Origin: an uncultured archaeon
GTDB taxonomy: Archaea > Asgardarchaeota > Lokiarchaeia > Sigyniarchaeales > SOKP01
Assembly: GCA_964632315.1 (NCBI GenBank)
Contig: CAZWEM010000054.1
Location: 1 to 27,682 of the forward strand
Length of the DNA: 27,682 nt
Reading direction: 5' to 3'
Shown piece after piece: positions 18,152-26,000 of the stretch. Numbering within the stretch: the stretch's first letter is position 1; every line of letters starts with the position of its first letter. The translations under genes and the position numbers were made by a program. The notes beneath the pieces were generated by a model, which was not told where the DNA came from, searched no databases, and saw only the letters and a program-made list of their open reading frames with translations.

Positions 18152-18793
18152 TTGATATATAAAATCTACTTAATCGACGGAGATTCTGGAATTTTAATTT
18201 TAGAATCCACTTTCAAAAAGCTCGCTGAAGACAAATTAGATGATGATTTGATCCCCGGTTTCTTTAAGGAAATTAATAAGATAATAGATCATATTCAAGA
18301 AGCAATGGCAAAAGGAGAGAAAGGAAATGAAATTATTAGAGTTCTTGAATCTGAATCTTCTACGATTATTATCTATTTTTATCCCCTCCCCCGTATTTTA
18401 TTCTGTTCTATCTCTGATGCTGATGATGATTCTGATAAATTAATAGAGGTAATACATAAAATCGCTAATAGATTTTATAAAAAGCATCAGTCTGATATAA
18501 ATATCTTTAGGACTACATCGGAAAACACTAGTTTTAAAACATTTACTGCAGATATCGAAAATCTAACTCATAATGGGCATATAGGGGAAGTTTTTCCTAA
18601 CTTGTTAATTGTTAAAAATGTATTGTCGAAAATCTTTAACATGGGAATGATATCTGATTTCGAATTTCATGTAGCGTTGCTCGCTACTGGTGAGAATTCT
18701 CCGCTTAAGATATCAAGAATGTTGCATAAATCAAAATTGGAAATAGCAGAAGCGTTAATAAAGCTGAAAGAATTGGATATCATTAAATTATAA
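18152..18793 (+). CDS. Longin-like domain + C-terminal winged-helix protein
   Basis: IYKIYLIDGDSGILILES...DDDLIPGFFKEI...ILFCSISDADD...IANRF fits a longin/sigma-adaptin pattern. C-terminal TGENSPLKISRMLHKSKLEIAEALIKLKELDII fits a wHTH. Confidence 0.72.
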   Translation: MIYKIYLIDGDSGILILESTFKKLAEDKLDDDLIPGFFKEINKIIDHIQEAMAKGEKGNEIIRVLESESSTIIIYFYPLPRILFCSISDADDDSDKLIEVIHKIANRFYKKHQSDINIFRTTSENTSFKTFTADIENLTHNGHIGEVFPNLLIVKNVLSKIFNMGMISDFEFHVALLATGENSPLKISRMLHKSKLEIAEALIKLKELDIIKL

Positions 18794-18923
18794 CCAAATG
18801 TGATTCCCAATGTCTGTAAAAATATTGAAATAGATTTCTCCATTATCTTTTTAACACAATTACAAAATTTTATTTTTTATCCTTCTTTAGTCATTAATAA
18901 TCATACATCAAAAGTGAGTTAAT

Positions 18924-19487
18924 TTGGAAAAAAGGCAAAGTTTAATTCCAATCGTAAAATCGCCTGCAAGAGACGCCCATCTAAGAAATGGTAGTGGGTT
19001 CTCCTTACCAGAAATCTCATCAGCAGGTCATAATATACAAACTCTAAAAAAATTAGGCATTCAAATTGATTATCGTCGTCAATCAGCACATGAAAAGAAT
19101 GTAAAATTACTCAAATCCTTGAAAATCTCAGATAAAAAGCAAAAAAAGCGAGAACCATTCGTGGCTAAAGAAAAAAAGCGAACCGGATTTAAACCAAAAA
19201 CAGAGAAAAAGAAACAAAGGGTAAAACCTGCTATTAAGAAACAAAAAGTAAAAGAAGAACCAAAGAAAGAAAAAGAGGAAGTTAAACAAATCGAGACAGG
19301 TACTCCCTTGACAGAATTACAAGGCTTAGGTCCTGCCACTGCTAAGAAATTAAACGAACTCGGTGTTAGTTCGGTAGAAGACCTCTTAAAAGAAAAACCA
19401 GAAGAACTAGGAACTTTAGTAAAGGGCTGTACTGAAGATCGATTTAAAAAATGGATTGAAGAAGGAAAAGAATTAATAACAAAGTAA
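18924..19487 (+). CDS. rpl13e: 50S ribosomal protein L13e with Lys-rich linker and C-terminal helix-hairpin-helix domain
   Basis: PIVKSP...RNGSGFSLPEI..AG...LGIQIDYRRQSAHEKNV is L13e. LTELQGLGPATAKKLNELGVSSVEDL is an HhH (Rad51-N/NusA-like) motif. Confidence 0.87.
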   Translation: MEKRQSLIPIVKSPARDAHLRNGSGFSLPEISSAGHNIQTLKKLGIQIDYRRQSAHEKNVKLLKSLKISDKKQKKREPFVAKEKKRTGFKPKTEKKKQRVKPAIKKQKVKEEPKKEKEEVKQIETGTPLTELQGLGPATAKKLNELGVSSVEDLLKEKPEELGTLVKGCTEDRFKKWIEEGKELITK

Positions 19488-19575
19488 ATCCAACTTTTCA
19501 TTCTGATAAATTTATTTTTGACTGATTTTATACCATATTTACCAGAAAATTATTTTTAATTTTGAGGTTATTTCA

Positions 19576-20073
19576 ATGGAGTTTAATTATTATAATTACC
19601 AAAAAGAAGAATGCAAAATAGGCATTGGAAAATTACCTATTTGGTTTAAAGAGGTAAAATATGAAGGTGATGAAAAAGAGGGATCTCTCGTTTTTCATTC
19701 TCAGAACGATTATGATGAATTTTGGGGCGGGAATGCTAAAATGGATCTCTATTGGGAAACTCGAGAGAGGGGATCTTTTTTCTTTTCAAAACTTGTAGAA
19801 CAATCAATAGAAACCTATAATGCCATTGGCCTCGTAGTTACTTCTAAAGAAAATACGTGGCATTTAAGCCACGAGTTTATATACTGGTACGGACAGAGAA
19901 CAAAAATGTTACATAAACATCATTATTCCGCTAGAAGTATACATGGCATATTTTATTGCGACATGACTGAACGTTTATTTAATATTCACACTGAAGTGAT
20001 TAACAAGTTTTATGAAAATTTTAAACCCTATATCCTGAAGGGATATAGCACGATTGTGTGTCATGATATCTAA
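19576..20073 (+). CDS. Hypothetical protein (aromatic-rich; YC...R and terminal CH motifs)
   Basis: 165 aa ORF with GAGGT SD upstream; no recognisable family. Confidence 0.7.
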   Translation: MEFNYYNYQKEECKIGIGKLPIWFKEVKYEGDEKEGSLVFHSQNDYDEFWGGNAKMDLYWETRERGSFFFSKLVEQSIETYNAIGLVVTSKENTWHLSHEFIYWYGQRTKMLHKHHYSARSIHGIFYCDMTERLFNIHTEVINKFYENFKPYILKGYSTIVCHDI

Positions 20074-20786
20074 TTCATTTTTTTAAAAAACGCAAAAAAA
20101 TTATCCTTTTTGTTAGGACCTCCCAACTTGCGGAGTTCAAGTAATTTAAAGTTCGAGAATAAGCGCATAATCTCTGTTCTAGAATATAGATGGTAATAAC
20201 GTTCGTAGGTTTTATTGAGTTTAGATACTTTCCACGGGATAAATATATCCCCGAAATCCTCCAATCCTAGGCTTTTTTGATGTTGCTTAAACTTTGGGAA
20301 TAATAATCGCTTGGAAAAGTCATTTATGAAATAATTTCTAAATCTTTTTTGATATTTTCGCCAAACCGTAATTAAAAGAAAACCTCCTTTCTTTAAGACC
20401 AAGTTTAATTGTTTGACCATATATTGACGATAATGAACACCATGTACGTGATGTAAAGCAGCTATAGAGAAGATTGTATTTATTGAATTAGGACGTAAGG
20501 GTAATGATTTCATGTCACTTAAAATAAGGTGAGGTTTCAATTTATTTTGAGATTTTCTTTCTTTGGCTATTTTTAAAAATTCTAAAGAATTATCAATTCC
20601 AACTATATATTTAGATTTGAACAATTCAAAATTTCTTCCATTTCCACATCCTAAATCTAAGATTAAACCTTCTAGAAGAAATTGTTGGGTTTTAATTTGA
20701 TTTAGAAATGATTCTAAAGTTCGCCAAGGTCTTTTTCTTTTTAAATCATAATCTCGTGCTAATCCTTCTTCATAAATGAAATTCAT
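20070..20786 (-). CDS. Class I SAM-dependent methyltransferase, Trm9/ALKBH8-like (putative tRNA wobble-U methyltransferase)
   Basis: LDLGCGNGRN, VGIDNS, SIAALHH, LKKGG.LLITVW, IPW and RYYHLY match Trm9-type motifs. Confidence 0.82.
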   Translation of the reverse strand: MNFIYEEGLARDYDLKRKRPWRTLESFLNQIKTQQFLLEGLILDLGCGNGRNFELFKSKYIVGIDNSLEFLKIAKERKSQNKLKPHLILSDMKSLPLRPNSINTIFSIAALHHVHGVHYRQYMVKQLNLVLKKGGFLLITVWRKYQKRFRNYFINDFSKRLLFPKFKQHQKSLGLEDFGDIFIPWKVSKLNKTYERYYHLYSRTEIMRLFSNFKLLELRKLGGPNKKDNFFAFFKKMN

Positions 20787-20847
20787 GGCGATTAAATTAG
20801 AATAAGAATTGAGAAAAAATAAAAACTAGTAAAAACTAATTAGGAAA

Positions 20848-22404
20848 ATGGATATACTTTCAGACTTATTGAATAAAATGAGCAAGAATTTTTCAAATGA
20901 CATACTCCAATTTTATGAACAGTTTTATTCATACACTTTAGATTTAATGAATAACAAAAATATTGATTTTAACAAGCAAATTAGTGAAGTGGATGAAGAC
21001 TTACAAGTATTAATAAATTCCATTAATTCAGCATTAAATACAACAGGCATACCAATTACAGAACTTTCGAACCATGCTTTATTAAAAGATTTATTCAAAG
21101 ATGCATTTATCGCTGGAGAAACTAATTTCAAGAATCTCTTTGATAAGGTTGGAAAGGGCTTTATCAACAAACATCTCTTTAAATCGATTTTAGAATATGT
21201 CCTAGATATAGATACCATCAAAATTGAGAACTTAGATTTGTTTGATCTTTTACCAGTAAATTTTAAACATAAATTGGATGAGTTAAAGAAGAACTTAACA
21301 ATATCTGATAAGGATAGACAGAAAATCAAATCTCTGTTTTCTACTATTAACAAGGATTTTGATACTACTACCTTAAAATTTAAAAATAATCGAGTAAATA
21401 ACTCTGAAGAAGGAATGGATATTTTAAAAAAATTACAGGAAGCTAAAGAAAATAATATTCAAGTCTTAAAAGATCCAAACCAGCATGGTTTACCTAGTAA
21501 CACTGTAAAAATTCACGATGAAGTTCAAAATGTAAAACAATCTTCTTATTTTGATTTTTTTGGGAACTTTCCCTTACTTGATTCGCAGAAAATTCAAAAT
21601 ATTAAAGTTGATGTAAAGAATTTTAGTGAAATTGTCTTTAATATGGATTTGTTGATGGATCTGGAAAATTTATTTTATTTTATTAGCATATCAAAAATGT
21701 TAGGTTTAAACAATCTTATTCAACAAAAAAGAATAATTACCATATTGAAGAACTTCGTAAGGGGTTCTATATTTAGCAGTGGAATGTACCACATTTCAAA
21801 TCCAATAAGTAATTTTTATGGTCTTTGCATTCTTTCTGAATTAGATATTTTACAAGAAGATATGGTAAATTTTGTTGATTTTATAGATATTGAGATGTTC
21901 CTCGAATCGGAAATTAAAATTTTTAATCCGTCAAAGTTTTTTTTAAACTTTTATAGCTTTTTAAGCTTAAAGATTCTCGAAAGGCATGGTATGACAGTAG
22001 TAGATAAATCTGATCTTTTAAATCTCCAATTAAGTTTGGATTTTTCTAACATAAATCCAGAAGATTTACCAAGAGATCTCTTATGTCATCTAACTCTTAT
22101 AAAACTCATCAAAAAGGATTTCAAGTTTAATCATGATTTTACAGATTTAAATTTTAATGATTTACTTTCTTCAAATGATTTAATCAATGGTAATATTACA
22201 GATTCAGCGAGAGTTTTATTAATTTTTGATATTTTAAATCGGAAAGACAATGCCCTCATAAAAAGACTCGATAATGCGATATTATCGAATTTGCAAGCTT
22301 TTAGTGGAACTTATCCTCAACTTAATTGGAAATCGGATATTTTAGCTTTAAAAACAGAATTACGCATGTTATTTTGGTCATGTCTCGCTTTGTTGAGATA
22401 TTAA
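20848..22404 (+). CDS. Hypothetical alpha-helical protein; C-terminal half possibly degenerate prenyltransferase/terpene-cyclase-like helical repeats
   Basis: 518 aa ORF with repeated helices such as LENLFYFISISKML, ISNFYGLCILSEL, FLNFYSFLSLKIL and ITDSARVLLIFDIL. The fold call is weak. Confidence 0.6.
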   Translation: MDILSDLLNKMSKNFSNDILQFYEQFYSYTLDLMNNKNIDFNKQISEVDEDLQVLINSINSALNTTGIPITELSNHALLKDLFKDAFIAGETNFKNLFDKVGKGFINKHLFKSILEYVLDIDTIKIENLDLFDLLPVNFKHKLDELKKNLTISDKDRQKIKSLFSTINKDFDTTTLKFKNNRVNNSEEGMDILKKLQEAKENNIQVLKDPNQHGLPSNTVKIHDEVQNVKQSSYFDFFGNFPLLDSQKIQNIKVDVKNFSEIVFNMDLLMDLENLFYFISISKMLGLNNLIQQKRIITILKNFVRGSIFSSGMYHISNPISNFYGLCILSELDILQEDMVNFVDFIDIEMFLESEIKIFNPSKFFLNFYSFLSLKILERHGMTVVDKSDLLNLQLSLDFSNINPEDLPRDLLCHLTLIKLIKKDFKFNHDFTDLNFNDLLSSNDLINGNITDSARVLLIFDILNRKDNALIKRLDNAILSNLQAFSGTYPQLNWKSDILALKTELRMLFWSCLALLRY

Positions 22405-22977
22405 ACCTGCTTTTTCTAAAAATTTTTTGGCAGTTGGATTTTTCTCGTTCTTATTCCAATTAAAAATAAAATTGGCATTTTTCTCCAAATCTTTTAAGGC
22501 TTTTTTTCCTAAAGATTTCCAAGATTTGACATCAATTACAGGAGCTTTATCATTTATCCCTTCACAATATTTCTTTCCTTTTTCAGTAATTAAGATCTTT
22601 ACTTTTTCATCTTCATTTAGATTAAATGAAAAGGGGAACGTTCTGCAAAAACAAGGTCTTATGGAATAAATTCGACATTTCTTTTTCTCTTGATTATAAA
22701 AAATGCAATTTCCATCTTCATTTTTTCTAAGGGCAATAAAAGATTTTCCTTTCTCAGTCGTGATTGGTGGAATTACCATCTGTTCAAGAGCTTCAGAAGA
22801 TTGCATTTCCTTTAAGACATAAAAACTAGTTATTTCTAATAACTCATCTATATCAAGGTTCAAACCATTTTTTAACCGATTCAAATCTGTGATGGTTAAG
22901 TTTACAATAGTTTTATTATCAGTACAACACGTTCCGCATCGGTTACACTCAAATTTGAATTCGTAATCATTAGTCAT
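22378..22977 (-). CDS. YkgJ-family cysteine-cluster (CxxCxxCC) Fe-S/Zn protein
   Basis: FECNRCGTCC, CIFY, CRIYSIRPCFCRTFPF and CEG. Confidence 0.9.
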   Translation of the reverse strand: MTNDYEFKFECNRCGTCCTDNKTIVNLTITDLNRLKNGLNLDIDELLEITSFYVLKEMQSSEALEQMVIPPITTEKGKSFIALRKNEDGNCIFYNQEKKKCRIYSIRPCFCRTFPFSFNLNEDEKVKILITEKGKKYCEGINDKAPVIDVKSWKSLGKKALKDLEKNANFIFNWNKNEKNPTAKKFLEKAGLISQQSET

Positions 22978-23016
22978 ATATTTTAATAAAAGAATAGAAA
23001 AAAATAAAATTTAATC

Positions 23017-26000
23017 TTATTTCGAAGTTGGAAGGATTATTTTATTGCTAATTAATGATTCGATTGCTTCAATAATTACATCCTTATTTTCCTCACTTAC
23101 AGTTTCAATGATATAATCCAAAAAGAAGCTTTTCTTGCTTTTCGCCATCGAGTATACGGTATTTAAAACTCGGGTTTCCATTTTGCTTAGTTCAACTTCT
23201 TTACGTAATTCTGAGATGAATTCTACGTTATTTAATATGAAGGGTTCTTTATAGTATAAATCTAAGTACTGTTTAAGTATTGGAGGCATTTCATTTTCAA
23301 ACGTTTCCAAAGCACCATCCCAATGCTCAATTAGATCATTTAAATTCAAGGTAATTCCAGCGGCTAAATTAATTATGTCATTCTTTAAATTTTCTGAAGC
23401 CTTTTCAGTAAGAACGACCACAATTCTCAGATCATCCCGATCACAAATTAAGCAATGGAAATATTTAAAGTCCAGCTCAAAAAGATTCTGAACAACTCCA
23501 GCTCTACTTTCCCCTTCATCTGACCGCTTTCCAGCAATTTCCTCCCCAATTGATGTGATAGCTTGTACAAATCCAGCAAAAAGCTCTTTCTTTTGCTTTT
23601 CGAGTATTGAATAACTCTTCGAATATAAGGGTATACCGCTATATCTATGCATCAATACAATGGCTTGAATGTTTTGCAGATCCTTAAAATTTTGAGTCTT
23701 TGAAAGTAACTCTGCTTCTTTCCTTCTTTTCCTTGGGAGTATAACATAAGATCTGATACTCAATGCTCCTAAAATACCGATCGCAATCGTTGCACCTCCT
23801 ATTATGATCCAAAGCATGAAATTTGGAAGCTCTCTTGGAGATATCACTACTATGAACGAGGTTTGCATAGCTTTAAATAAAATACTATCGGTTAAAATAA
23901 TCAGAGAGACTTTATAGCTCCCACGAACATTTTCTGGTAAAGTAAATGTAGCTTCATAAATCCCCGAGCCCACATATTCAAGATTTCCTAAACCATATTC
24001 CCATGAATAGCGTATCGTTGCATTTTCAATTATGTTAGTAGTTATTGATTCTGTTAAATTGATTCTTATCAAAACTGAGTCTCCAGAATATCTTTCAATC
24101 GAATCTTGAAAATCGATGGTTTTTGCATTCATTTCAATTTGATTTACTAATACTTGAAAATAGAATTTAGACGTTATATAATTCGGATGGGTAAAGCTAA
24201 CGTATACAGTATTTATACCTAAATCAAAATTATCAGGATCACACGTAACATTTATATTATACCAGTATTCATCATTTTCAATAAATTCTTGATGATAGTC
24301 CCCGATAACTAAAATTGCGCTTCCTCCACTTAGATGAATCTTCTCTGCATTTGCCATTGCTCTTAAAGAAAGTGAAAAATCATCATAATAGGTAACCTGA
24401 ATCAGATTATTTGATTGAATCTCGTTAGATCCGGCGTATAAAGATAAATTGACTGTTTCGGCTGTGATAAAAAATTGGAAGGATAAATAGGAAACAGTAT
24501 AATTGGCTTGTTCAAATTTAATAGAAACCGTATTGATGCCTAAATCAAAATAAGCACCATCAATAATGAAGTTTAAGGTAAACCAAGTGGGTGTTACCTC
24601 ATCAAAATCAAAATGGAACGATCCACTTATTAAAGAGATATTTCCACCAGTTAAATAAATGGTTTCTCCCATAGCAAACGCTTGGGCTGAGATTGTAATA
24701 TTTTCTTTAAACATTAGTTCAATCAATGCTCCTTCAGAAGGGATTGATTGGTCATTAATCGAAGCATTAAGCACCACTGATTGTTCTCTCAACAGTAGTT
24801 GGAATGAAAAGTAAATAGTAGTGTAATTTTCCTTTTCGAACTTGATTGATACGCTATTTATTCCAGAACTAAAATTTGATGCTGTAAATATTATTGATAA
24901 ATTATACCAATCTCCATTTTCAATAAAATCCTTATAATAAAATTGGCTGTCCCAATGAACTTGAGCACCTGAAATATAATTCAAATCTACTGTCCCATAT
25001 GCTCGTAGAGAAAATGATATAGTTTGCTTAAACATTACCTCAATTAATTGATTATCTAATATTTCTTTGGAATCGGCATAGGATGATAATTCTACGGATT
25101 GTTTTTTAACTAATAATTGGAATGAAAATACTTTTGTTTGATAGTCATCTTTTACAAATTGAATTGTTATGCTATTCAATCCTGCAGTGTAATTTATTGG
25201 CACAATTTGAATCGATAGATTATACCATGAACTTACTTCGATTAGCGATTGATCTTGATTTCCACCTTGCCATGTTACCAATGCTCCATTAATATATTCT
25301 ACTTCTACGGTTGCGAAAGCTCTTACTGATATCATGAGGTTTTCCATGTACATTGTTTCGATTATTTCATTTTCAGATATCGCTTGAGAATCGATGTATG
25401 CTGATAATTCAATGGATTGTTCGTGTACTAATAATTGAAAAGAAAATACTTCTGTTTGATAATCATTCTTAATAAACTGAATTGCTATGCTGTTCAATCC
25501 AGGAGTATAATTTGATGATACTATTTGAATTGATAGGTTATACCATGAACTTGTTTCAATTAATGCTTGATCTTGGTTTCCGCCTTGCCAAGAAATTATC
25601 GATCCCGTTATATATTCCATTTCAACAGTGGCGAAAGCCCTTACTGATACTGTAATAGTTTCCATGTACATCGCGTCGATTATCTGATTTTCAGAAATCG
25701 CTTGAGAATTAAGATATGTCGACAATTCTACGGATTGTTCTTGCACTAATAATTGAAAAGAAAATACTTTCGTTTGATAATCATCTTTCATAAATTGAAT
25801 CGCTATGCTATTCAATCCAGGTGTGTAATTAGATGATATTACTTGGATTGTCAGATTATACCACAGATTATCTTCTACTAATTCTTGATCTTGGTTTCCA
25901 CCTTGCCAAGTAATTAACGCCCCAGTGATATAATTCGTTTCTAATGTTGCGTAAGCCCTTACTGATATAGTAAAATTTTCCATGTACATCGTTTCGATTA

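Noticed and set aside
20820-20840. TAAAAACTAG/TAAAAACTAA short direct repeat
   Set aside because: Low-complexity A-rich sequence, expected by chance at this AT content.
3305-22669. Short shadow ORFs (3305-3490, 5111-5434, 5569-5754, 6319-6720, 10593-10787, 12027-12395, 13050-13244, 13663-13881, 15719-15910, 15946-16134, 19079-19501, 20925-21353, 22427-22669)
   Set aside because: All overlap well-supported genes antisense or out of frame. Their F/S/L/I-rich composition is what the reverse complement of K/E-rich AT-biased codons produces.
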